The translations under genes and the position numbers were made by a program. A DNA stretch of 53,114 nucleotides, counting the filler, from Jimgerdemannia flammicorona (taxonomy: Eukaryota): assembly GCA_003990765.1 (NCBI GenBank). It is 3 parts of 3 records of this genome, joined end to end, with 100 filler letters (N's around TTAATTAATTAA, not from the genome) between each part and the next. Parts side by side here need not be neighbours in the genome. Positions count along the whole stretch, not along the records: positions 17,740 to 35,377 come from RBNJ01002465.1; 2 more parts are not named here. The stretch is one strand, 5' to 3'. Shown here piece after piece: positions 24,101 through 35,477 of this stretch (position 1 is its first letter; the number at the start of each line of letters is the position of its first letter). Under the pieces are notes generated by a model, which was not told the origin of the DNA, searched no databases, and saw nothing but the letters and a program-made list of their open reading frames with translations.

Positions 24101-26936
24101 TGGGGAAAGAAAGGTGTGCTCAATAATGGTGGCAGGTGCTGTGGGCCTTGCAGCATCTGGTGGCACTTATGGAGAGATGGGTGGGTGTGCTAGAAGATAG
24201 GGAGGTGACTGACTAGCATATTGTGAGGATCTGAAAGGAGGTGGAGAAGCTTAAAGGAGTATTATGAAGGGAGGAGGAGGTGAGGCTGCAGGGGATAGTG
24301 GCCTGGCTGTGGTGGCAGGGGCTAGAGGAGGGGGAGAGGTCTACTAGGTTTTTATCATGGTTGTTACAAGCATGATGAATGAAGCAGCAGTGGGAGGGAG
24401 TCCTGGATATAAATGGTGAGCTGGTGGTGGGGACTCTGGCAATTCTGGGTTTACTGAGAACCCATTGAGAGATTCTATAGAGTGAGAAAGAAGGAGGGGT
24501 AGATGCCTTGGACATTGAAAGGCAGCTGGGGGATTGGCACCCAAACCCTGTGATGGGCCTAGGGTCTTTGGGGGACCCAGTGAGTAGAGAGAAAATCTGC
24601 AAGGTTGTGGTCTTGACGAGTAAGAGAATGGCTCTGGGGGAGAATGGACTTTCCTGGAATTTTTAGAAGAAGATGGCTGGAGTGAGCAAGGTGCTGGAGG
24701 AAATAACTGCTATGTATAGTGAGGTTCTTCAGTCTGGTACTTGGATTGGGGGCCAGTACCTAGAACTAGTCTTCTTGCTCTACAAGAATAAGGGGAGGCA
24801 GGAAGATTGGAAGAACTGGTGGCTGATAATGCTACTTGACATGGACTGCAAACTGGTAACAAAGATTTTGGTAATGAGGCTATAAGGAATTGCTCAGCAA
24901 GTGCTTGGTATGGAGCAGTGTGGATTTGTCGGTGGCTGGTTGATTCACGATAAGATAGCTTAGGTATATAGTATAATTGAAGGTACCCGGGCTATAGAGG
25001 TGGATGGTCAGTTGGTATTTCTGGATCAGGAGAAGGCATATGATAGAGTGTGGAGGATCTGGCTAGAGGGAGTGCTGAAACGGATTGGTATTCCCCTGGG
25101 GTTCTGAGGATCATTGATTGGTCTCTTGGAGGACAGTCAGACTGTATTGGTCATCAATAGCCACAGGGGTGTGGTCTTTCCCCTAGGTCGTGGAGTGCCA
25201 CAAGGTGACCCCTTGTCACCCATATTATATGCCCTCTCTCTGGAGCCCCTACTGGACAGGATTCGGTATCGAATTGGGGGTTTGGACATTCTAGGGATTA
25301 ATTGGAAGGTGGGGGTCTTTACTGATAATATGGTGGTTAGACTGGGCTCCTTGGTGGATGTGAGGGAGTTATGGTGGTCTGTGGAATGGTATGAGAGGGG
25401 ATCTGGTGCTAAACTAAACTGGCACAAATGTGAGACTCTGGTGCTGGGTGCTGGAATTGTTAGTGGTGATGTAATTGGGATGGTGGTGCCAGCTGACAAA
25501 CCAGTGCATTATTTGGAAATCTACTTCTCAGTGTTTGGATCTCTTCTTCTCTATGTATGGTAGAGCTGACAACTTCTGGAGTGGGAAAATGTTCTGCTGT
25601 GATAGAGAGGTCAGCATATGTCCTTAGTCAGAAGGGTGATGGTACTGAATGTGTATTGGATGCCAAAGCTGTGGTATGTGGAGTATCATTTGGATTTTTT
25701 GACTTGGGTGGTTAGGGGGCTGTTGAAGATGGTGAGATCATGGATCTGGGGAGGGTGGCAAAGTCAGGTGGGTTGGGAGGTGCTCACACTGCCTGTGGAA
25801 AGAGGTGGGCTGGGTTTAGTTGACTTTACTAAGTGACTTCATTTTTTGAGAGCTTGGTGGTTGAGGAGGGTGAGTGAGCTGAGGGGCCAGAAGTAGGTAT
25901 CACTCATGCAGAGGATGTGGGAGGTTCAGTATTTCCCTCATGGTGACTCCAGTGACCTGCTTGCAATGGTGACCATGAATGGGAGCAAGAGGATGTGATT
26001 TATGGACTTCTGGTGAGGGGTGGTGGATAGCACTAAGAAAATTGGACTTCAGTGGCAAGGTGATGAAACAGAGGAGGATTGGGGACTGCAGATGTGATAG
26101 TGGGACAGGCTTCTAATGGGTGGTGTTCTGGTGGAGGATTTCTAGCTTGGAGAGAGTATGGAGTGTCTGCAGGGCTTAGGTGGAGACCTATGGCCTGTGG
26201 CCTGGCAGAGGGTTGGAATTGGTAAGAAGTGGGATTAGAACAGACTCTGGCTTTAGAGCAAATGAGTGAGGTGGTGGCTGCCCCCCAAGTTCTGAGTAGT
26301 GTGGTGGTGAGTCCTATGGCAGAATGTGATGTTGAACTATCTGTCTGGGCACTTGGTAGACAGTGGCATATTTGAGTGTGAGGAATATTTCAATGTTGGT
26401 CAGGAGGGAGGAGTGGTATAAATGCCTGAACATTGGCTTGATGAGTGCAAGATTTTGGAGGAGTTTTGGAGATATATTGTAGACCAGTTAGAGCTGTGTG
26501 TCCTGGAGGGAGGGGAAGGGGGGAGATGGGGAGAGCTCCGTCAAAGACTGGTTGGCAGGGTTGGGGATAAATGGCTGACCCTTGGCTGGGCTCTGGCCAT
26601 GTGGGTTGGGTTAGCTAGGCATTAGGTATATATATTTGAGGAGAGATGGTGGGTCAGAGTTGGGGACAAGATAGCATATTGGGAATGGTTATTACTGGAC
26701 ATTTTGAATGGCTGGTGGAGAGGGTGGAGACTAGATGGGGGGAATTACAGGGGTTTGGTATAGTGTATCTCCTGGAAGAGTGGTGGGAGGATTCGGGTAG
26801 TGAGTGACTAGGTTGTGCTTAGGCAGAGAGAGGCTGAGGGGGGAGGGATGGGTCCATGGGGCATTGGTTGAGGGTTTGGGGTGATGTTGTATTGTTAGAA
26901 TTATAGACAGCAGTAATAAAGGGCAGTCCAAGTAAC

Positions 26937-26972
<36 letters not shown>
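21176..26972 (+). mobile_element. Apparently full-length L1/Tx1-like LINE 1 (ORF1 about 21260-23134; ORF2 APE-RT-CCHC about 23200-26885), decayed
   Basis: 14-bp TSD AGAGTCTAAAGGGG (21162-21175 / 26973-26986); AATAAA at 26915 and poly(A); IFSLNING, GGDFN, SDH, GVPQGDPLSP motifs; splits the gypsy RT motif TPFRLY. Confidence 0.95.
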
Positions 26973-26976
<4 letters not shown>

Positions 26977-27969
26977 TCTAAAGGGGGTCATGAATATAGT
27001 CTTGAAAATGTCTTCTGATTTGATTCGAATCTAGTGGTATCCTGACATGAGGTCTAACTTGGTGAAGTACTTGACATTCTTGAGAGTATTAAAGATTTGA
27101 TCAATCAAGGGTAGCAGATAGTGGTTCTTGACAGTGAGTTTGTTGAGTATATGATAGTCTATACATATTTGCAGAGTACCATCCTTCTTCTTGACAAATA
27201 AGACTGGAGAGCCATAAGAGATTTGCTTGACTGGATGGCTCCTTATGTAAGTAGTTCTTCTAGTTTATTCTTGACTACTTCAATTTCAAGTAGTGATATG
27301 TGGTACATATATTTCTTGGATGATATAGCTCCAGAGGTCAGTTTGATTTCATGATCAACTTCTCATGTAGGTGATAGACCAGATAGCTTGTCTGGAAAGA
27401 CATCCTTGAATTCTTCTAGCAGTAGCTTGATACTTTCATTGACTGATAGTCTCTTGTCTTATTTCTTAGGGCAGATCATTATAATAAAGATATATATTGC
27501 CTTCTTGAGTGTTTTCTTATACTATATAGCTGACAGTATTGCAATCTGGGTCTTGCTCATTATCTTGTCTATCTTAATTGTAATGTTGACTCTATCTTAA
27601 AGTAAAGTAACTTCATTCTTGCACCAATCAATATCTAAGTTGTGTTTTGTAAGCCAGGGTTTTCCTAAGATCAAGTCATAATCTCCTAGTAGTGCAATCT
27701 CAAAGTCTACTCATTCCTAATATTTCTGGATCTTGATGGGCAGTTTGGTGACAATTGACTCAATGGGATGCAGAGTACCATCTGTAGTAACTATACTATT
27801 ATTCTTGGGTGTAAACTTGGTGAGGATCTTGAGACTTTCAATAAGATTCTAATTGATAAAGTTCCCTGTAGCTCTGCTGTCTATGAGTACTTGGACTTCT
27901 TTTCCTTTGACTAAGTCTTTGAAAATAAGCATAGCTTGAGCTTAGTTTTCACTAAGACTTGCTGCTTGA

Positions 27970-28385
27970 TCAGTACTGCCAAAACCCTTTTGATCTTATT
28001 TGGTTTCAAGGAGTTCTTGGACTTCTGTAATCTTGAGTTGACTGGCTTTTTCTAGGATCATTTTCATGACTCAGTCTCCTTCTTTAACTATGTAGTCTTG
28101 ATCCTTCTGGTTGACAAGCAAGACTTGAACTTGTCCTCAAAAGTCTGGATCAATGACACTAGTGCCTATATCTAAATGATATTTGATACTGAGTTCTGAT
28201 TGCAGTGCAATTCTAGTATAATGTCCTTCAGAGCATTAAACTGCAATTCCAGTAGGCACCAGAGTGTAGCCCTTGGCTGGAATAGTGACTTGTTTGGCTG
28301 AGTGTAGGTCAAGACCAATGGCTCCTTCTGTTTGATATTGAGGGACCTGGGCCTTCAGATGAAGCTTCTTGACCTTGAGCTCAAG
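27970..28385 (-). pseudogene. dUTPase domain within the gypsy polyprotein
   Basis: LKVKKLHLKAQVPQYQTEGAIGLDLHSAKQVTIPAKGYTLVPTGIAV*..RIALQSEL..SVIDPDF*GQVQVLLVN..VKEGD*V..K*DQKGFGST: all five trimeric dUTPase motifs in order, in frame with Gag and protease. Confidence 0.92.
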
Positions 28386-29431
28386 TTGACTGATAGTGGG
28401 ATTGATAGGTGTATCCTTGGACAACACAGTGACTGATCTTGAGGGTTTGCTAGTCTTTCTGAGATATTTGGTTACAATGTGTCCTGTTTGGTGACAGAAG
28501 AAACAAGCTTCAGATTTCTTCAGGCAGTCCTTTTCTTCAGAGGTGAGCTTGGTGTTCTTTTTATTTATGGTGTCTAAGTCCATTGGTACCAGGCCAACTG
28601 TCCTTGGTTGGTTTCTGTAGTGGTTCTTGAAGTGGTTCTTCTTGTGGCATTCTGGTTCAAGATGGTTACCAAAGATGATGATATTAAATCTATTGATGAT
28701 TCTCATAGCTTGATTAAGAGTTTTGGGCTCTTCTAGCTTGACCTTGACTTGTGTGTTTTTCTTCAGACCTCAGACATAGTGGTCTATCTTTTTATCCTCA
28801 GATACTGCTGGTAGCTCAAGTAGGATTGATAAGAATTGTACATTATAGCTTTGTATAGACTTGAGTTGCTTGATATTCACTAGCTTGTCTCTGGCTAGCT
28901 TGGTGGCATTAGTAAGCTTGAACTACTTGTGAAGGGCTCTCTTGAAAGCTTTCCAATCTCTAATTCATGCATATGAGTATACAGATATAATCATGATATA
29001 ATTATACCACCAGATGGCTATATTTCCTCAGAGGAGTGTGGTGGCAAATTGGACTTGCATGTCATCTTCCATTCTTGTGAGCTCAAAGTATTGATCCAAC
29101 TGAAAGGTCTATGTATCTGTAGATAGTCTTCTTCAATGACTGTCAAAGGTATTTGGCTTGAGTGGCTTGAAACTGACTAGTGCTATGATAGGATGTAATA
29201 TATCCACAGTTTGTGTTTTCTGCTGTTCTAGTTATACTTGAAGTTCTTAAATTTGGTGGGCCATGGTATTGATCATGTCCTCTATGCTGAGTTGCTGTCC
29301 TCCTGCTTCTTCTATAACAGAGGAATCTGGCTAGTAGGCTGACTCTTCATAACTCATTTTGGATTCATGTAACTAGTTATAACTAGTTTCTAAATTTATA
29401 TGAGGTTTCTTAATAAGGCAAGATGTAATGA

Positions 29432-29447
29432 CACTACTGCTACTAAG
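29432..29447 (-). other. Decayed primer-binding site (probably tRNA-iMet)
   Basis: Element strand reads CTTAGTAGCAGTAG immediately after the 5' LTR, consistent with TGGTAGCAG plus one G>A change. Confidence 0.5.
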
Positions 29448-29614
29448 TATAATGGTTTTAGTTTCTTTAAGAGGAAGCAACTAAATCTGGAAGTTCTGGT
29501 TGGCCTAAAGTAGCTTAAAGAGATACTTAAAGGTTCAAGTGTTCTTGAAGGAATTTTGGAAGAAAAATATTCTGAGCTTTATTCAGGCAGAGAACAAGGA
29601 TATTTATACATAAT
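29448..29614 (-). repeat. Partial 5' LTR of gypsy element 1, cut by LINE 2
   Basis: Near-identical to 17989-18155; similarity stops abruptly after GATATTTATACATAAT. Confidence 0.88.
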
Positions 29615-32600
29615 ATGCATAATTCACATTACACACACTTTACAACACACTTTCAAGTCATTTATTGGAGAAAGTTATTAAGGAAATATCGACCAGCAAG
29701 CAAGCCAATATATGTACCAGGTCTGGCGGACCTGGGGCCTTCAACTGGCAGCATGTTGGGAGAGGGTATGGGCTGGGGATGGGGTCTTTCAGTGGCTCAG
29801 GTGGGCAGGACAGCTTGGGGAGTGGAAGTGGCACTAGTGGGGGGGCTGGAAGACAGCAGGGAAGGAGCTTTGCAGATACACTGAGGACTGGGGGTTGGCC
29901 AGCAGGATCCCATGGTGGTCAGGCAGGGAGAAGGGGAAGCAGAAGGATGGTGCTGCTGTGGAAGCTGGGCCTTCACCAGGGGGAGGTGGTGGAGGTGGAG
30001 CTGCTGCTGGGGGTAGTGGCGGGACTGCTGATGGTGGTGTGATGGCAAATCAGGAGAAAAAAAGAGATGTGACGGCTGATGGCCAGGGGGGGCAGGGGTT
30101 CCCGATGCGGAAGGGGGACCTGGCGGATGGTGTAACAGGGCTGGCGGTGGCCCCGTTGCTCAAGAAGTTGATTTCAGAGTTCGCAGTCACCTTGTGCTTC
30201 TGGGGCTTGGCAGTGATGGCGAGGATGGTTCTGGGGCTGATTTCGAAGCAGGTGGTGGGGGCAGCCTTGGTGAAGTTCTTGAAGAGCTTGGAGGGGGTTG
30301 AGGTGGGCTTTGAGAAAGCGGGCCCACTGGATGAGACCCTGAAGACTGGAGTTGTGGTTGGTGAGATAGTGGTCCCCATGGTGCGGTGCTTGAGGTGGGA
30401 CCCCAGGGTGGTGCAGCTTCTAGTGAGGGGGGTGCCCATGGTGACTAAGGAGGAGACTAGGAAGAGGGTGGAGGAGGTGATGGTCGAGTATGGTGATGTG
30501 GTAGACATAGGCTTTTAGGTGTGGGAGGGGACCACAATCAGGACAGGTGATGTCGATGTCAGGATTCAGCTGGTAGGCAAGGAGGCCACAGGGAAGATGA
30601 GTGACTGGCCTTTGGTGCTGATGTGGGGGGCTGTCATCTGCAAGGTGTTGAGGGTGAAAGGGAGTAAAGAGGAGGAGGAGGACTTGTTAGAGGCACTGGA
30701 GGAGTTGGGTGGTGCTGTGGAGAGGAGGGCAAAGGCCTAGAAACTGTATGAGGAGTCGATACATCTGGAGGTTGTGGGCAGGAAGCATATCCATATAGAC
30801 AGAAAGCAGTGGGAGCAGGCCCAGAGACACCAGAGGCAGAGGGAGCTGTTGGCCAGTATGATAGGAGGGGTGGAGAAGAAGTCAGTTGGAGCTGGGGAGT
30901 CTGGAGGTGTAAAGGCCAGTATCTGGGCAGGTAAAGGAGGAGAGGAGGGGGAGGCAAAGGAGGCAGAGGCTGGGAAGATGCTGGACAAAGACCCATTTGC
31001 TGATGGAACCTTCAAAGTGTGGGAGCTGGAGTTGGATGCCACCCCCCCCCCACTTATCAGGTGGGGCCCAGTGGGGAAGAGAGGGTTGATGGAGGATACA
31101 TGGATGCAGGGGGCCCAGCAGGTGCGCTTTGGGGTCTCTGATGTGGTACAAGGGGGTCAGGTAGTGGCAGTTGGTAAGGAGGAGCTGGTGGATATCCCTG
31201 AGGAGGAGTAGGATGAGGCTGCCAGTGTAGGAGCGGATACCACAATGTTGGATGCAGGGTGGCCAGGGACTCCAGGAGGGAAAGAGGTGGGAAACTTGTT
31301 GTGGATGCGCAAGGTGATGGATAATCTTGCAGCGGAGGCTTTGGGGGAGGTGGACCTGCAGGCAATGCCTGAGGAGCATTGGGCATGAATTCTGCATGGT
31401 AATGGAATGGTGGAGGCACTAAAGGTGGAAATTCTGGCAATTTTCCTGGAGGAGGAGGGATATGAGGTTGATGAGGTGAGGAAGACAGAGTTGGGGGTGG
31501 TTGCAGGTGAACGGGCGACATACTGTTGGACAGAGCATTATGGTCTGAGGCTCTGGCAGGAGGCCTATCTGGAGTATCAGGAGGACTTTGAGGAGCATGA
31601 AGATGGGGCAATGGTAGAACTTCTTGGAGAATTGGTAGCACGGGAAGCTGGGAAGAGGGAACTAGCTGCTGAACATGACTTGGACTTAGTGCAGGAGGAG
31701 CAGAATGTGGACTTGTAGAGGATGGGACCACAATATATCAGTATTCTTAATAAACAGTATAACCAACATTTTCTCCTTGAATGTGAATGGGTTAAGGGGC
31801 TCTGGGTGGCGTAAGACCATTTTTACTTGGCTCAAGGGGTTGGAGGCTAATCTCTTTTTACTACAGGATGTTCGGTGTGAGAATGAGGATAAGTGGGTAG
31901 AGTGGACTAGGAAATGGGGTGGGGCTACTGCTTGGTTTGGAAAGGTAGCGATTCTGGTGAGGAGGGGCAGAGGAGACTTGGGGGGTATCAGGAGCTGGGG
32001 TAATCGCTTGGTCTGGAGAGATTGGCATCGACCAGGGTGGGAATCAGTGAAGGTGGGCTCTTGCTACTGCCCTGCCATTAGGGGTGAGAGGACTGCATGG
32101 ATTAGGGGGCTGCTGGAGGAGGGTATTCTCTTGGAGGAAGGGGTTGATGTTCTTGGTGGGGACTTCAATATGGTTCGGGATCAGCGTCTGGACAGAACTG
32201 ATAGAGAGAGGAGTGCCGGGGGTAGAAGTGGAGGTCTGGATATATGGGAGGAGGTAGAGACATTGAGTTCTTTGGGGGATATGGACAGAACAAGGTGGGG
32301 TGATGATAGGGTCTACACACATTGGGTAAATGGCTTGGGTACAAGGATTGACTAGATTCTGATGGCAGAGTACTGGGGTCCAGATGTTTGGAAGTCATTG
32401 GGAGTGGAGTGGTGCCCATGGTCTGATCACTGGAGACTGTTGGGGCAGGGGCAGTTTGGGGGGAGTGGAGATGGACCCAGACATTGGTACCTTAACTCCT
32501 CCCTGCTGGCTGAGAAGGGGTTGTGGGAATTGTGGGTGGAGGACATTCAAGCAAAAGTTTTGATTTAGCAATGTGAAGGTCTGCCTGTGGCTGTCTGCTG

Positions 32601-35377
32601 GATGAGATTGAAAGAGACTATGAGGGTTTATTGGGGAGGGGCTGGTAGTGAGGCTGGGAGGCAGAGGAGGAGGCACACGAGGTATACTACCAGCAGGCTG
32701 AGGAGACTACAAATGGAGTGAGTGGATTTGCTCACTATTGTTGGGGTGGAGGATTGGAGGATAGAGAGGGCGAAATTGGAGATAGTGGAATTACAACAGG
32801 TGTTGAGGGAAGAGGAGGAGACTCATATGTGGGGTATGGCTGCCAGGCTATGGTGGCAGGGGCTTGAGGAGGGAGAGCGGCCTACTAGGTATCTTTCAAG
32901 ACTTCTCAAAGCTAGGAGGGTGCGACATCGGTGGGATGGGGTCCTGGATGATGGTGGGGACATGGTACATGGCATACAACAAATCTTAGGGGTTCTGAAG
33001 GAGAGATGGCAGGGTTTGTGGAGTGAGGGAGAAGGGGGTGCTGATGAGGCAGAGATTGTAGATACACTAGAAGAGTGGGAGCCACCACAGGTAGCTGGTC
33101 TAGGAGACTTGATCTTACTGGTGCAGGGAGAGGAGATCTAGAGTATCCTGGCAGTGACTAAACTTGGGACAGTGCCTGGGGAGGATGGATTGCCATGGGA
33201 CTTCTGGAAGAAGATGGTAAATGTCCCTGAAGTTTTGGGTGAGATGGCTGCTCTCTGTGACCATGTCCTTCAGAGCGGTGAGTGGGTTGGAGAGCAGGAT
33301 CTCGGGCTGGTGGCCTTATTGTACAAAGACAAGGGGAGAAGAGAAGACTGGAAGAACTGGAGGCCAATCATGCTTCTGGATATGGACAGGAAGATGGTGA
33401 CTAAGGTGATTGTCACAAGGCTGCAGAAAGTTGCCCAACAGGTGCTGGGAGAGGAGCAGCAGGGCTTTGTTGGGGGCAGACTTATTAGAGATGGGACTGC
33501 ATGGGTTCATGGTGTCATTGAAGGGGCCCAGGCCTGTAGACTGGATGGAAGGTTGGTCTTTTTGGATCAGAAGAAGGCCTATGACTGTGTATGGCAGATG
33601 TGGCTGGGCAAGGTTTTGGACCGAATTGGTGTGCCCACAAGATTTAGAGCCTCTATGTTGAGTCTGCTGGAGAGTAGTCAGGCAGCTCTGACATATAATG
33701 GTCACCATGGGAGGGCATTTCCCTTGGGAAGAGGAGTATCTCAGGGGGACCCTCTATCCCCGATTCTCTATGCCCTTTCACTGGAGCCGTTGATGGATAG
33801 GATTCGCCGGAAGATAGCAGAGCTCTCTATATATGGTATAGTGTGGAAGGTGGGGGCCTTTGCTGATGATATGGTGGTTGGACTTGGGTCTGTGGCAGAT
33901 GTAGAGGCACTTTAGGAGACTGTGGAATGGTATGAGGCTCACTCGGGGGTGAAACTCAACTGGCATAAGTGTGAGACAATGGTGCTAGAGAATGGGCTAG
34001 TGGGTGGGGACATCATTGGAACAATTGTCCCTATTGGTGAGGTGGTGCGGTATCTGGGCATCTTCCTCTCTGTATATGGTTCTGTCTTGCCACAAGTATG
34101 GTGGGAGGGCAGGGTGGATAGTTGGGGGGAGGCCCTTTGAGGATAGGGAGGCCACCATATCTCTCTAGCAGGGCAGGTGTCAATCCTGAATGTATATTAG
34201 TTCCCAAAGCTGTGGTATATGGCATATCACCTTGACTTCCCAGTGTGGGTGGTGAAGAAGCTGACGAAGGTGGCTAGGGATTGGATTTGGGTGGGGAGGA
34301 GATCCCAGATCAGTTGGGATACTCTTGTGAGACCAGTAGTCAGAGGAGGTCTTGGTCTGGTGGATTTTCCTAAGAGGCTGCACTGCTTGAGAGCCTGGTG
34401 GTTGAAGAGAGCTGTGGAATTGCAGGGCGGAGGTTGGGTGCCTCTGCTGTAGAAGGTATGGGAGATGCGTACATCCCCTCGAGGGTCCTCCGGAGATCTG
34501 CTCTCTTTGGTGGGGCTGAATGGAGTTCGGAGGCTACAGTTCAAGAGTTTTTGGTGGGGAGTGGCCAATGGAGCACACTGAATTGGCCTGCGCTGGCAAG
34601 GCAATGAGGGGGAGGTGGTGTGGGGGCCTAATATGTAGTGTTGGGATAGACTGCTCCTGGGGGGTACCCCCCTGGCTGCGTTCGATATTGGGGAGGGAGT
34701 GGAGTATCAGCAGGGGCTTGGCCAGGACCTTTGGCCAAGTGGCTGGCAGGCAGTTAGAATCGGAGAGGAGTGGGACTGGGCAGGCATCTGGTCTTGGAGT
34801 GCTGAGGTATGGAGGTGGCTTCCTCCCAAGTTCTGGGTGATATGGTGGAGAATGTTGCAGAGGAATGTCATGCTGAATTTCTGCTCAGGGCATTTAGTAG
34901 AGGGTGGACAATTTGACTGTAAGGAGTGTTATGATGTTGGGCAAGCTGGGGGTTATGTACAGATGCTGGAGCATTGGCTGGGAGAGTGTGAGGTCTTGGG
35001 GGACTTTTGGGCTAAGATAGGGGATAGACTGGGTGTGGGGCATCGGCTGGTAGGGGAGGGGGGTCACTGGGAGAACTTAAGATCTCAGCTTGTGGGTGGG
35101 GTGGGAGATAGTTGGCTTACTGTAGGATGGGTGTTAGCAGTATGGGTGGGACTAGCAGGATATTGGCTTTTTGTATTTGAGGAGGGGCAGTGATTGGGGC
35201 TGCATGAGAAGGTGTTAAGGTGGGAGGAGCTGGTGGGAGATCTGCTGACCAGATGGTGGGTGAGTTGGGGTCCTCAGGGGACAACATTGCAGTTTGGTGA
35301 TGAAGATCTGTGAGCAGAGTGGTGGGAGGGTGGGGATAGTGTTCGACAAAGTGGTCTTTCACAGAGAAGGAGTAAGG
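29615..35377 (+). mobile_element. L1/Tx1-like LINE 2 (ORF1 about 29711-31718; ORF2 from about 31720), 3' end lost in the gap
   Basis: IFSLNVNGL, GGDFN, RID, SDH endonuclease motifs; PGEDG, NWRPIMLL, QGDPLSP, FADD RT motifs; CKEC..EHWLGEC zinc motif; ORF1 homologous to that of LINE 1. Confidence 0.93.
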
Positions 35378-35477
35378 NNNNNNNNNNNNNNNNNNNNNNN
35401 NNNNNNNNNNNNNNNNNNNNNTTAATTAATTAANNNNNNNNNNNNNNNNNNNNNNNNNNNNNNNNNNNNNNNNNNNN
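35378..35477. other. Artificial scaffold linker
   Basis: 44 N + TTAATTAATTAA + 44 N. Confidence 0.97.

Larger units (their letters stand above)
17989..29614 (-). mobile_element. Ty3/gypsy chromovirus LTR retrotransposon 1 (gag-dUTPase-PR-RT-RNaseH-IN-chromo), decayed, interrupted by two LINEs
   Basis: Matching LTR segments 17989-18453 and 29448-29614; PMDLD and CFFCHQTGH knuckle; DS(R)ATGNFI protease; FGLTN..YLND RT; RNase H; GPF integrase tail; chromodomain YEAEKILD..YLVKW; PPT at 18454-18468. Confidence 0.93.
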
